Source of the DNA: a virus
Lineage: Duplodnaviria > Caudoviricetes
IMG/VR virus record: IMGVR_UViG_3300044557_000185
Span: 1 to 64,000 of that record
Length of the DNA: 64,000 nucleotides
Strand: one strand, 5' to 3'
The translations under genes and the position numbers were made by a program. Shown in pieces: positions 10,247 to 20,391 of this stretch. Under the pieces are notes generated by a model. It was not told the origin of the DNA, made no database searches, and was given only the letters and a program-made list of their open reading frames with translations. How positions within the stretch are numbered: the stretch's first letter is position 1; each line of letters begins with the position of its first letter.

Positions 10247-11200
10247 TCAGCGATAGTCCTCATCGAAAACCCATGGATAATCTGCTTCTGCTTGCTTTCT
10301 GATTGCTAGCAATTCATCTTTATACTTATTCAGCAACTTGATGAATGTCTTCTGACCTGGGATATGCAGAGGATCTGCATCGAATTTGAATTCAATGTCA
10401 TCATTCTCAAACTTGTCATTTTGCGGAAGTGGCTTGAAGAATCTAGAAGCAAAATTAGTCGTAGTCTCTTTGACATAGTACCAGTTAGTGTCATCAAAAT
10501 CGATAAGAGTTGCAAGCAAGGGCCATTTCTTGCACATAGCGACTGCAAGCTGAAGAGCAAAGACATTATCTGAACGCGGCTGGATCTGGGTGTCAATTCT
10601 TTGCGTGATCAGCCCCAATGCATTGCCTAAAGTCATACGAAGCATTACGAACTGATGGATGCCTCTTGGCAAGATAAGTCTTGCATCTTGCACGCTCATG
10701 CCAGAATTGATTGCTTTAGCATACAGATCCATTTGAAGTGTAGCAAGTGCTTCATACTCATGCGATAAGCCAAGCTCATTATAGGCTTCTGGCATAGAAA
10801 CATCATTGCGATTCTTGTAATTGTCTCCTGTGCATTCTACTGCGAAAGAAGCATTCCTGTTTCGCAGTGTGTGCGAAAGATCGTGTGCTGTCATTCCATC
10901 GACAGAAAACACTACGTTAACGAATTCTAGATATTGAGGCAGGAACTTCTTTCGTAGTGCTCTATACATAAGAGCATCTTTCTGATGCTCAGTGAAGTCA
11001 TACTCATCTGACTTAGCAGCCCATGTTGACATGATAGCATCTGGAAGAAAAGCTTTAGCTTCTTCCCATGTCGGCATGTATCTTAGATTGACATCAATAG
11101 CGGTCAAATCATTGACGACATTGCTTCTATTCTTGATATGCTCATTCGGAAAGCGAGAGTCATTCACTTCGAATTTCTTAGAGCGAGACTTAACGGTCAT
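10247..11200 (-). CDS. thyX: Flavin-dependent thymidylate synthase-like protein (divergent)
   Basis: LEF, SHTLRNRNASF, QDARLILP motifs. Confidence 0.8.
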   Translation of the reverse strand: MTVKSRSKKFEVNDSRFPNEHIKNRSNVVNDLTAIDVNLRYMPTWEEAKAFLPDAIMSTWAAKSDEYDFTEHQKDALMYRALRKKFLPQYLEFVNVVFSVDGMTAHDLSHTLRNRNASFAVECTGDNYKNRNDVSMPEAYNELGLSHEYEALATLQMDLYAKAINSGMSVQDARLILPRGIHQFVMLRMTLGNALGLITQRIDTQIQPRSDNVFALQLAVAMCKKWPLLATLIDFDDTNWYYVKETTTNFASRFFKPLPQNDKFENDDIEFKFDADPLHIPGQKTFIKLLNKYKDELLAIRKQAEADYPWVFDEDYR

Positions 11201-11241
11201 AATATGTCATTCCTTCCTGTTTATTTTTTAAATGTATTTAT

Positions 11242-11270
11242 ATTATATAACAACTATTAACGAAAGTAAA
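11242..11270 (-). promoter_or_regulatory. Phage promoter TTTACT-17-TATAAT
   Basis: Upstream of thyX. Confidence 0.85.
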
Positions 11271-11344
11271 ATCGCAATCTTGCTGACTGCATATCATCTA
11301 TATTTGTATACTACATATTGACCATGTATATCATCAGATTAATG

Positions 11345-11424
11345 AGGTTTATCTCTGTGAACTTAACATGCCAAAGATATATAATTATATATACTTACTA
11401 TCTTAAGTTCACATAGAACAACGT
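11345..11424 (+). repeat. 80-bp dyad element copy 2
   Basis: AGGTTTATCTCTGTGAACTTAA...ATATATAATTATATAT...TTAAGTTCACATAGAACAACGT. Confidence 0.95.
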
Positions 11425-11432
11425 CGTTACTT

Positions 11433-11888
11433 CTAGAATAGCACGCTTGTCTTGTCTACATCATCAGTCCAAGTATTGCCATCCTTAAGCTTTCCAACAC
11501 GACCATCTGCTAGGCCATGCACGACTTGCCACTGGAGTTTGTCGTAGTCTGTCTCTTGCTTAGCTTTCTTAGCATCGTATCTGCCAAGAAGACTGACTTT
11601 GGGAGTCCACATCATAGTGCCATCAGAATACATAGTCCAGTTGTCTTCATCCTTTATGTTGGATGATACGAAGCACTGATATCCCAATGCATTGATTCTG
11701 CTTATCAATCTTTCTGCAAAATGTCTTGCTGAGCTTTCGATAGCATTTGCTGAATCAGCTGCATCAAATGAAGACTTCGTCTGATAGCTGTTCGATTCTG
11801 CAGTGATAGCATTCTTTATGTCAAGTCGTTCTGACGGCATTAGATTGACTTTCGAATCTGATACGAACAATCCGTCTATATTCTGCAT
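11433..11888 (-). CDS. Hypothetical protein
   Basis: 151 aa, GAAAGG RBS. Confidence 0.75.
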   Translation of the reverse strand: MQNIDGLFVSDSKVNLMPSERLDIKNAITAESNSYQTKSSFDAADSANAIESSARHFAERLISRINALGYQCFVSSNIKDEDNWTMYSDGTMMWTPKVSLLGRYDAKKAKQETDYDKLQWQVVHGLADGRVGKLKDGNTWTDDVDKTSVLF

Positions 11889-11905
11889 TTTCTGCCTTTC
11901 TTATT

Positions 11906-13741
11906 TCACGCGATTTCTAGCGGTTTTAGAGCTTTTATCTGAGATACTGCTTCTTCTGTAAGTGTGCAATACAGTATCTTAATGCCAGCATTCTCTGCAT
12001 CATTGACTTTTCGCATTGTCGGATTAGAGCCGCAGACAAGGAAATCTGTCTGCTTGCCGACTTCAGAAGTCACATCGATGCCATTAGAATTCATTCTAGA
12101 CCTCGTTTTAGACCTACCCAAATCTAGCTTGCCTGTAACGCATACGCTTGCGATGACAGACTTCTTAACTTCTATGTCTTCGTTCCAGTCTTTAGCATCT
12201 TCGCCAAATGTGTCTATGAATCTTGATAATATGTCTCTTACATCTTGATATGAATCTGAGAACGTCTTAGCAAGACTGCCTCCAATGCCATCGATAGATA
12301 TCACGAAGCTATATGGATCTACCAAGTCTATGAAGAACTGACTTTGGCTTACGCCTTTCAGTCTTGCTTCTTCAGCGGCTTTCTTTGCGATATTGACGCA
12401 TCTTGACCATGAGAACCCATCGATTCCGACGCTGTCAAGCAAGTCAAGAACATTCTTCGTCTTGAGCTCAGAAACAGCTGCTCTAAGATTATCTATCCTT
12501 TTGGCGCCATAAGACTTAGCTCTGAAATTGCTATCCATGCATATCTTGTATATATCGAAAATAGTCGTAGCTTCATATTCATCTACGCAAAGATTTACGA
12601 TGCCACCAGATACTCCCTTACCAAAAAGCTGGCTTGACTGAGAATACAGTATCTTCTTCCATCTTTCACTGTCAAAGCCGTATAGATGCTGTCCTTGAAC
12701 GAATGTCTTCTTGCCATTCCACCATTCTGGAGCTTCTATCTTGTTCTTGCCACCACCGAGATTCTTGACTACTTGCGGTATGACCATATTCGCTTTCTTG
12801 ACTACTATCTTGTCTCCATAGTGAAGATCTAGTGACTTGAAAAGCTCTAATGAGCCAAGCGAAGCTCTAGTCACTTCAGCATCTATGAACACCATATCGA
12901 ACTTAGCTACTGGCGTAAGCTTTCCAGTCTTGCCAATCTGCCAGTTGACATCGCGTATTCTAGTCTCTACCTGCTTGTCAGCGAACTTGTAAGCCATAGC
13001 ATAATTCATGCCTCTAAGCTCTTCGTGAGAATCGTCATCGTAGTCTTTTACTACGACACCATCACATGGATATGCTTCTGAATTGAACATGGCTTCTGCT
13101 TTTTCGAAGCTGTCAAATGTTATGTCATCGTTGACATATTGCCACTTGTTGCCATCATCGAAAACGATGTCATATGGAATGAATGTCAAGAACTTGGCAT
13201 ATGATGGATCATTGCGATTTGCTATGCCTGAAGATGCAGACCTTTGAGATATGAACTCGTTTCCGAGGACAGACATGTCTTCTTTGCTTACTATAAGTTC
13301 TCCACGAACAGCACATCTATGATACTTGAATGTAGATGGAATCTTGTTGAGCGCTATCATAGCTATGACAAGCTTCGTTCTGTTGTCGCCATAGACATAG
13401 TCGCCTCGTGATGCAGCATAATCGAAGTTGCCATTGAAGTCATAATGCACTTCTAACGAAGAGCCGTCTAGCTTTAGCTGATATATCCTATGGCCATTGA
13501 CATCCTGCAAAGCATCTTTGCTTTTTACTTTAGGCAAAGAAGTCATTGGCTGATAATGCTTTATTTTGTCTGATACAATTACAGATTCTGTCTTTATCTT
13601 GTCGATCTGATACTGAAGAAGACCTGAGCTGTCTACCATCTCATCATATTCTTCGTCTGTCATCAATGGATGGCCAGCATAATAAGCTCTGTTAGCTTCT
13701 CGTATCTTGTCTTCTATCTCAGAAAGCATGTTAGATTCCAT
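11906..13741 (-). CDS. ligA: NAD-dependent DNA ligase
   Basis: AYY..P..TDEEYD, KLDG, VRGE, DGVVVK, AYKF, GKTGKLTPVA, C-terminal BRCT. Confidence 0.95.
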   Translation of the reverse strand: MESNMLSEIEDKIREANRAYYAGHPLMTDEEYDEMVDSSGLLQYQIDKIKTESVIVSDKIKHYQPMTSLPKVKSKDALQDVNGHRIYQLKLDGSSLEVHYDFNGNFDYAASRGDYVYGDNRTKLVIAMIALNKIPSTFKYHRCAVRGELIVSKEDMSVLGNEFISQRSASSGIANRNDPSYAKFLTFIPYDIVFDDGNKWQYVNDDITFDSFEKAEAMFNSEAYPCDGVVVKDYDDDSHEELRGMNYAMAYKFADKQVETRIRDVNWQIGKTGKLTPVAKFDMVFIDAEVTRASLGSLELFKSLDLHYGDKIVVKKANMVIPQVVKNLGGGKNKIEAPEWWNGKKTFVQGQHLYGFDSERWKKILYSQSSQLFGKGVSGGIVNLCVDEYEATTIFDIYKICMDSNFRAKSYGAKRIDNLRAAVSELKTKNVLDLLDSVGIDGFSWSRCVNIAKKAAEEARLKGVSQSQFFIDLVDPYSFVISIDGIGGSLAKTFSDSYQDVRDILSRFIDTFGEDAKDWNEDIEVKKSVIASVCVTGKLDLGRSKTRSRMNSNGIDVTSEVGKQTDFLVCGSNPTMRKVNDAENAGIKILYCTLTEEAVSQIKALKPLEIA

Positions 13742-13768
13742 TCTTTTTAGTTTTTACTTGTTAATATA

Positions 13769-13797
13769 ATTATATATCAAATAGTTAACAATGTAAA
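13769..13797 (-). promoter_or_regulatory. Phage promoter TTTACA-17-TATAAT
   Basis: Upstream of ligase. Confidence 0.85.
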
Positions 13798-13799
13798 AT

Positions 13800-14858
13800 C
13801 TAGAAATTCGTGTTGACCACTGTATTGACATTGAGATAAGAACCGAGGAATGCACCAGATCGTAGTGCTATAAGTGTCTTGTTAGACAAGAACGATCCTG
13901 CACCGGCACCATAGTATCCGCCGCCAACAAGAATAGACGAACCGGTAAGATTCAGGTTGTCTCTTATGAATGCGGGCTTCATAGCTTCGATATCAGCTTC
14001 CATCTCTTTAACGCTTTGACGCCACGCGTCAGCATATCTAGATCTGTCTGCATAGGCTACACCTTGAATGCCGTTAAGGATAGGAACCTCCTGGTATCCA
14101 TACACGAACTGTTTCATCAGTTCTACTATAGTCTGATTTTCCAGAAGCACATACCATTGAGCTGGGAATGGAGTTCCAGCACCTTCGCCAATGTAGAAGT
14201 CAAGCGTAGAGTATCCGAACATGTTGATCTTGCTGCAAGCTATTCTCATAGCTCTTGTGACTTTGTCTAGATTGAAGTTAGTCTGAACTTCTTCTGTGAG
14301 ATTGACAAGACCTTGTCCGTAGTGATTGTCAAACAGAGCCCAGAACCTGTTCATTACAGACTGGCATAGCTGCTTCTCATCATCAGACAGAGCTAGATAG
14401 TCATAAAGGAAATCTTCTGCTCTGTAGAAGATAGACCACTGCCTTGCAGATCTTGGAGTAGATCCGTTCTGCCATGAAAGAACGACTTCAAGCGTGCATG
14501 GCTCTTCAAGATACTGAGCATCTAGATAGTACTCTGCTTCAGTACCAGTCTCTAACCACGAGATGTTGTCATCATCTGTCACTATCTGAGTTCTTGTTAC
14601 ATTGCCAGAATCGTCCTCAACTTCTTTGAAGACAGAAATCTTGACAGTGTCTTTGTTGACTTGGACAGCTTTTCTGTTGAATCTTCTAAACGAGAATCTT
14701 ACTGGAAGATCTGTTCCAAGAGAAGCTGAAATCAGATCTCGTACTTTTGCTCTATGCTTTATAGACTGATCTTTGAAGACTTTATTCTGAACATCGTCAG
14801 TTATAGTCACTTGCGTATTTATGACGTCCGAATTAGATGGTTGTATCGTGTCAGTCAT
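13800..14858 (-). CDS. Probable head-tail adaptor / neck protein
   Basis: Directly downstream of portal; 352 aa. Confidence 0.55.
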   Translation of the reverse strand: MTDTIQPSNSDVINTQVTITDDVQNKVFKDQSIKHRAKVRDLISASLGTDLPVRFSFRRFNRKAVQVNKDTVKISVFKEVEDDSGNVTRTQIVTDDDNISWLETGTEAEYYLDAQYLEEPCTLEVVLSWQNGSTPRSARQWSIFYRAEDFLYDYLALSDDEKQLCQSVMNRFWALFDNHYGQGLVNLTEEVQTNFNLDKVTRAMRIACSKINMFGYSTLDFYIGEGAGTPFPAQWYVLLENQTIVELMKQFVYGYQEVPILNGIQGVAYADRSRYADAWRQSVKEMEADIEAMKPAFIRDNLNLTGSSILVGGGYYGAGAGSFLSNKTLIALRSGAFLGSYLNVNTVVNTNF

Positions 14859-16477
14859 TGAGCATCCTTATTCAGTGGAGACTTCGGTTCGTCATTGTCA
14901 ATAGATGACGCATCGCTATTTCCAATGTCCACTACGTCTTCTATGCCAGAATCATCTACGCGATCAGACTCTTGCTTTAGCTTAGACATCTCTGAATTGA
15001 CATTGATGCCTATGTCTGCAAGCGATGCAAGCGTCTCAGTAGATATTGGAACGCCATTGCTTTTAAGCGTAAGAGCTGTCTGAAGAACCTGATTCGCATC
15101 CTTCATTATGCCATCATCGAATGAAAGATGCGCTTCCTCATATATCTTCTTGCCATTCTTAGTGAGATGTGGCGTCTCTTTGCCATTGACATCAATATCT
15201 GTCTTGCATATGCCAAGCTCATGGATTACTTTGTCTATTCTTGGCTGGAAAGCTTTAGACAGCTTCACTTGTATTGACTGAAGATACGATGAGAAGACGT
15301 CTCTGTTCAAAGCATTTGATGACCATGGACCACCAGAGGAGCCGTCTAGCAGACCTTTTCCAGCAGATACGCAGCGAAGAATCTTTCCTTCGCATCTAGC
15401 ATAATCAGCGTCCAAACTCTGTATCTTAGAGTCACCGAAAGCATTGTGCCAGTTTATGCCTACTGAAAATACGCCAATTCTTCTAGTTCCCATCAGCATT
15501 TGCTTGTAAGCTTCTCTTACAGTGTTCATCTCTTGCTGAGTAGGTATCCAAGCTGGAGAATTGGGACCAAGCTCACCTGCTTTAAGACCGACTGTACCGA
15601 CAATTGTAGGTGTTATAAGCATATTGAGCTGCTCGAACAAGGCTGCATCTAGTGACTCGTTCTGAGCAAGCGCTGAAAGAGCTGAAGCAAATACAGATAT
15701 GCCTCTGTCATCCCAAGAAGACTTCTTGTTGACCATTCTTATAACAGTGTCATCGCCGTCTTCGAATACGATACTGTTCGTAGACTTGTCTATCTTAGCA
15801 GACAGCTCCCTTATGATAGCATCTGTCTCGTCGTCAATATCTTCATCGAATTCAGAGTCTGTCTTTACACCAGACTCTTGCAGATACTTCGAATCAGATG
15901 TGTCAGCATACAAGCTAATAGACTTAGCCATGTCTTCAGGCATCTTCAGATGTATAGCATCTGGCGACATCACAGATCCATGCACTATCTCTATGTCATC
16001 TGGGTTCTGAATGTCTTCTTTCGTAAAAGTCTCTTCATCATCAAGCCAAACAGCTATAGAGGTAGCTTCTCCAGAAATCAAATACTCTTTGACGAAGTCC
16101 TGCAAGAACGACTCAAGCTCGTTCAGATCGAATACTGATTCTAGAACTGCCTTGTTCTTTTCAGATTCGCAGTCTATTCTCGGACCTTTAGCTATGAACA
16201 TTGAGCAGAGGTTTATGACTATTGAAAGAGTGTCATTGTAGACAGAGTACTCTCGTATCTTGTCTCTAAGCTTCTTCAGCCCGTCATCCGTGTCAGGATC
16301 GCAATACATGCCTGCAGACTTGAGATAAGTACTGCCGACTGTCGGAGGCGTAAGAGCTAAGTCAATATCAGGACTCGTAGATCCAGCAGCTGTAACAGAT
16401 GACTTTGCAGCATTGCTAGCGCTAGCTCTCATTCGCTTTCTAGCGCCAAGAACCGGTACTCTGTCTATGAATGACAT
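14855..16477 (-). CDS. Portal protein
   Basis: 540 aa; EYLISGEA, QNPDDIEI, WDDRGIS pattern typical of portals of large actinophages (recall). Confidence 0.75.
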   Translation of the reverse strand: MSFIDRVPVLGARKRMRASASNAAKSSVTAAGSTSPDIDLALTPPTVGSTYLKSAGMYCDPDTDDGLKKLRDKIREYSVYNDTLSIVINLCSMFIAKGPRIDCESEKNKAVLESVFDLNELESFLQDFVKEYLISGEATSIAVWLDDEETFTKEDIQNPDDIEIVHGSVMSPDAIHLKMPEDMAKSISLYADTSDSKYLQESGVKTDSEFDEDIDDETDAIIRELSAKIDKSTNSIVFEDGDDTVIRMVNKKSSWDDRGISVFASALSALAQNESLDAALFEQLNMLITPTIVGTVGLKAGELGPNSPAWIPTQQEMNTVREAYKQMLMGTRRIGVFSVGINWHNAFGDSKIQSLDADYARCEGKILRCVSAGKGLLDGSSGGPWSSNALNRDVFSSYLQSIQVKLSKAFQPRIDKVIHELGICKTDIDVNGKETPHLTKNGKKIYEEAHLSFDDGIMKDANQVLQTALTLKSNGVPISTETLASLADIGINVNSEMSKLKQESDRVDDSGIEDVVDIGNSDASSIDNDEPKSPLNKDAQ

Positions 16478-16486
16478 CAGCTATTC

Positions 16487-16903
16487 TCAGTCCTCTGCCT
16501 TAAGTGCTGCAAGCTGATCGGATGCATCTTTGACTTCAGGGTCTTCTACAAGAACGTCTTTCTTGAGCTTAGCTAGATGGTCTTCTTCCATCTTAGCAGC
16601 CTTTTCGATAGTAGTCGTAGCCTTGTTCCTCATGTCAGAATTGTAAGTCAGCAAGATCTTGCCTGCATTCCTTAGATATGCGAAGCCAGGCGTATTGACT
16701 ACAGACTCTCTCAGTCTTTGAATGGAGCCAACAGTGCCAGGCGCAGAAAGCCGTACTTTCTCTTTGCCATCATCAAAAAGCTTGCTAGTATTGCTGACAT
16801 TGACAAGGTAGATTGGACGAGTCATGTCTAGCTCTTCGTCTGTAGCTATAATTCCGTCATTCTTGTTAGATGTTTCAGTGTCAGCTGATTTTCTTCTTGC
16901 CAT
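16487..16903 (-). CDS. Hypothetical (probable virion-associated) protein
   Basis: 138 aa, upstream of portal. Confidence 0.7.
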   Translation of the reverse strand: MARRKSADTETSNKNDGIIATDEELDMTRPIYLVNVSNTSKLFDDGKEKVRLSAPGTVGSIQRLRESVVNTPGFAYLRNAGKILLTYNSDMRNKATTTIEKAAKMEEDHLAKLKKDVLVEDPEVKDASDQLAALKAED

Positions 16904-16917
16904 TCTCTCAATCCCTT

Positions 16918-17187
16918 TCAGATTAGAATGTCGTCAAAATCTTCAGAATCGATATTGTACGATTCTCCACATACGATAGAATGAGCTTCTTCGTCAAGCT
17001 GTTTCATATCGTTATGCTCGATTGTAAGCAGATAGACTGCTTTGTTAGAAAGCAACTTCTCTACATTAAGCTCAAGACCGCATTCGCAATCATTCCAAGA
17101 CATATGGACTGGGCTTCCGCAAGATGGGCATTGCAGCTCATCTATGTTGTCGCTCCACCAAGCATCTATCGAATCTACGTATTCCAT
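16918..17187 (-). CDS. Small zinc-ribbon protein
   Basis: CPSCG...CECG. Confidence 0.7.
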   Translation of the reverse strand: MEYVDSIDAWWSDNIDELQCPSCGSPVHMSWNDCECGLELNVEKLLSNKAVYLLTIEHNDMKQLDEEAHSIVCGESYNIDSEDFDDILI

Positions 17188-17239
17188 ATGAAAGCATTGC
17201 CTTTCTGCAAAATGCTATGCTTCTTAAGCTTATAGTTTT

Positions 17240-17268
17240 ATTATATCATACAAAGTCTGGTATGTAAA
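17240..17268 (-). promoter_or_regulatory. Phage promoter TTTACA-17-TATAAT
   Basis: Left member of a divergent pair. Confidence 0.85.
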
Positions 17269-17289
17269 ATCAGCAAGCAAGACTCTTCT

Positions 17290-17760
17290 CTCACATGCGC
17301 GGGCCCCTGCCTAGCCCAATGATAGATCGCGCATGCGCATACATGCATCTGACCGCTGCGCGGGCAACGTGAGGCGTGAGTGATGTGTGCGAGCACACGT
17401 ATATGTATGTATGCACATGTATCATGTATGTATGTATGTATGTATGCATATGTATCGTATACGCATGTATCTATCTGAAAGATAGATATATTACGTGTGT
17501 GCATGTATGTATGTTTTCATGTATTCTCATATATGTTTTCATGTATTTTTTATATGTATTTTTTATGTATATTCATATATTTTTCTGCATGTGCACGTGT
17601 ACGTATCTATCTGAAAGATAGATAGATAAACGTGTATATGTGCCGACGTGTCTGTGCATGCATGTACGTATGCATGTCTGCATGTGCGAGAGAGTGTGCA
17701 AGGAGACAGAAAAAGAATGCATGTGTGTGAGCATGCAAGCTAGCATATGCATGCAAGTGA
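17290..17760. repeat. Alternating purine-pyrimidine low-complexity tract with (ATGT)n and two TATCTATCTGAAAGATAGATA hairpins
   Basis: Seen directly; hairpins at ~17468-17488 and ~17604-17624. Confidence 0.9.
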
Positions 17761-17819
17761 GCTGCGAGAAAGCTTCTGCTAGCTAATGTGAAGGAATTGT
17801 GAAATATTTCAAAAAATGG

Positions 17820-17848
17820 TTTACATTAGTGAAAATGTATGTTACTAT
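17820..17848 (+). promoter_or_regulatory. Phage promoter TTTACA-17-TACTAT with extended -10 TG
   Basis: Right member of a divergent pair. Confidence 0.75.
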
Positions 17849-18333
17849 TCAAAATATAAATCAAAAACAACCTATTTGAAAGGACATCAGAAATACATCA
17901 AAGCATCTTGTTCTGCTTTCACAAATACATTCATTAGCATGGAATGATGCAGAAGCATCAGATTGCGCGTAACCCAGCTAGAAACTGATTAGACGCTTCT
18001 GGTCAATGCTTCGAACAAAGCACAATTTGCATAAGATGAGAAAGTACTTGACATAGCTGACAATCTAGTGAGCATGCAGCAAATATGATGTGGAGAGATG
18101 CCCATATGATGCTGATCGTGCGGTAGCAGAGGCCAGATGGTTGAGACATTCATAATGCAACACAGATATTCTGTATAGGCATTTGCCTACATGGCGCTCC
18201 TGGCGTCATGAGACTAAGAGCAGAGTCAATAGGATATCATCTTACGAAGAGCACAAGCATCATAGCACACTTTAAGAATAGCAGCAGAAGACAAGTCTTT
18301 GAATCATGAGAAGTCAATCAGGAGAACACTTAG

Positions 18334-18867
18334 TTGAACATCATATATTTGCAGACAGCATTATTTGCTGCAATTGCAATATTAGCGATAGTAGTCTTGC
18401 ATTACGTCAAGCAGACATGCAAACTAGTACAATACGATAAGAAGATTGATGCATTCTATCTTCAGAATTCAGGTCTTTCATACTTTCGATTGAGTGAGAA
18501 GTCTCATAGCTATATACCTGTCTTGTGCAGCAATGATGATGAACATTATAAGCTTCTGTCAAGTCTTGGCTATGAAATGATGGGATACGATGGATCTGAA
18601 GCTCAAAAAGTCGGTGCTACGGCTATAGAAAATGGCAGAGCATGCTTCATCTTAGACGGCAGAAACGTAAGCAAAAGAAAGACGCAATTGTATGCTGACA
18701 GGCAGTTCTTCATTGACGATGACTGCATAATCATCAATACATGCAAGACACTTGGGCTAGCGCTTGCAATAAGAATGACTAATGCTAACGGATCAGCAAA
18801 AGAATGCTTCAAGTCAGAACTAGAAAAGATGATTGACGTCATCAAGAATAACGACGTTGTTCTCTAA
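18334..18867 (+). CDS. Membrane-anchored hypothetical protein
   Basis: AGGAG RBS, N-terminal hydrophobic helix; last codons are encoded by dyad element copy 3. Confidence 0.75.
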   Translation: MNIIYLQTALFAAIAILAIVVLHYVKQTCKLVQYDKKIDAFYLQNSGLSYFRLSEKSHSYIPVLCSNDDEHYKLLSSLGYEMMGYDGSEAQKVGATAIENGRACFILDGRNVSKRKTQLYADRQFFIDDDCIIINTCKTLGLALAIRMTNANGSAKECFKSELEKMIDVIKNNDVVL

Positions 18868-18933
18868 TAATACATAATCTTAAGTATTATAAATTATATA
18901 TACTTATACTTCTGAGTTCATAGAGATAAACGT
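18854..18933 (-). repeat. 80-bp dyad element copy 3
   Basis: ACGTTGTTCTCTA...TATTATAAATTATATAT...GTTCATAGAGATAAACGT. Confidence 0.95.
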
Positions 18934-19029
18934 CGTTAATCCTGGATACGTTTCTATTTAGATTGAAACATAACATCAACACAAACAATCGAAAAGTAAA
19001 AGAATTGATCAGAATGTTCTGAATCTGAT

Positions 19030-19058
19030 TTTACAAAGATCGGTTTTTGGTATATAAT
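19030..19058 (+). promoter_or_regulatory. Phage promoter TTTACA-17-TATAAT driving tnpB
   Basis: Same consensus as the other phage promoters. Confidence 0.85.
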
Positions 19059-19093
19059 AAAACTATGATGAATAGATTGGTAGGTGACATATC

Positions 19094-20380
19094 ATGATGA
19101 ATTATGAAACCCGCCTGTCTAAGAATCGTAAGATTGCTCAGCATGGAAAAGATACTCGCAATCGTAGAAAGAATCAAGACTGTAAAGTCTTCTCTATCAA
19201 GATTCAGACTAACAAATTAAGCCATATTCAGAAAGAACAGCTTAAGATGCTGTTTGTTGAAGCAAAATGGCTTAAGAACGATATTCTTGCTAAAGGTGTC
19301 AAAGGCTACGTAATCGGTAACCAAGTCGATGTCAAGACTCCTACTGGTTATGTATCAAGGAAGTTTGAATATCTTGGATCTAGAATTCGTCAGTCTGTTC
19401 TTGCTGAAATAAAGCAAAACATTAAAGCATTGTCAGTTCTAAAAAAGAAGGGTCGGCATGTAGGAAAGCTTAAGTTTGTTTCTGAAGTTGCAGAACTTGA
19501 TCTAGCTCAGTATGGAAAAACATATACGATTAAAGCTAATAAAGTTCATATTCAGAAAGTTCATGGATGGATGCTTGCTGGTGGAACAGATCAAGTTCAA
19601 GGCTATGAACTTGCAAATGCAAAGCTATTGAGCAAACCAGATGGATACTATCTGAACGTTACATGCTTCAGAGACAAACAAGAAGATGCATTCTTGAAAG
19701 ACTCAGCTATCGGTATCGATATGGGTGTCAAAACTCACATTACAATGTCTGATGGAACTAAGATCAAAGCAACAGTTGAAGAAACTGAGCACCTGAGACG
19801 ACTTAAGCAGAAACTATCTCGTCAAGAAAAGGGCTCTAACAGCTATTGCAAGACTAAGGTCCAGATCAGAAGACAGTATCAGAAGCTGACAAACAAAAAG
19901 AACGACATATCTAATCATATAGCAAACTATCTATTGCGATACAATCATGTATGCATGCAAGACGAGAACATAAAGTCTTGGAAGACAAAGAAGTCTTTGT
20001 CTCGTGGTTCAAGAACGATTCAGCATTCGATCTTGGGTAGAGTCAAAGCTAGACTTGTTCGTAATCCTAGGACTATTGTTCTTGACAGGTTTGAGCCAAC
20101 AACAAAGCTATGCAAGTGTGGTTTTAAGAACAGCGTATCTTTGTATGACAGAACATACCATTGCAACGTATGTGGCTATACAAATGATAGAGATGTTCAT
20201 GCAGCACAGAATATGATTAGAATTGCTGAACAGAATAATAGACTTGTACCTATGGAGCATAGGGACTTTAAGCCAGTGGAGAGCTTGTTAGACGTATTGA
20301 CGGAATTTGCTGATACGCAGAACTCTATGAAGCTGGAAGTAGTTAGCTTGTCTAACTACAACTCATTAGAATTGTACTAG
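19094..20380 (+). CDS. tnpB: TnpB RNA-guided endonuclease (IS200/IS605/IS607 family), no TnpA partner in window
   Basis: IGIDMG (RuvC-I), MQDENIK, TTKLCKCG..CNVCG zinc ribbon, DRDVHAAQN (RuvC-III). Confidence 0.93.
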   Translation: MMNYETRLSKNRKIAQHGKDTRNRRKNQDCKVFSIKIQTNKLSHIQKEQLKMLFVEAKWLKNDILAKGVKGYVIGNQVDVKTPTGYVSRKFEYLGSRIRQSVLAEIKQNIKALSVLKKKGRHVGKLKFVSEVAELDLAQYGKTYTIKANKVHIQKVHGWMLAGGTDQVQGYELANAKLLSKPDGYYLNVTCFRDKQEDAFLKDSAIGIDMGVKTHITMSDGTKIKATVEETEHLRRLKQKLSRQEKGSNSYCKTKVQIRRQYQKLTNKKNDISNHIANYLLRYNHVCMQDENIKSWKTKKSLSRGSRTIQHSILGRVKARLVRNPRTIVLDRFEPTTKLCKCGFKNSVSLYDRTYHCNVCGYTNDRDVHAAQNMIRIAEQNNRLVPMEHRDFKPVESLLDVLTEFADTQNSMKLEVVSLSNYNSLELY

Positions 20381-20385
20381 CGATG
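20245..20385 (+). ncRNA. Putative TnpB omegaRNA (scaffold overlapping the 3' end of tnpB, plus guide ~20366-20385)
   Basis: Hairpins CCTATG-GAG-CATAGG (20249-63) and GTAGTTAG-CTTGT-CTAACTAC (20339-59) after ATGAAGCTGGAA, ending AACTCA; layout typical of TnpB right ends; boundaries inferred. Confidence 0.6.
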
Positions 20386-20391
20386 TCACCA

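Noticed and set aside
17241-17621. ORFs 17241..17504 (-) and 17376..17621 (+)
   Set aside because: Low-complexity translations of the RY tract (YVCM/HTYI repeats) without an RBS.
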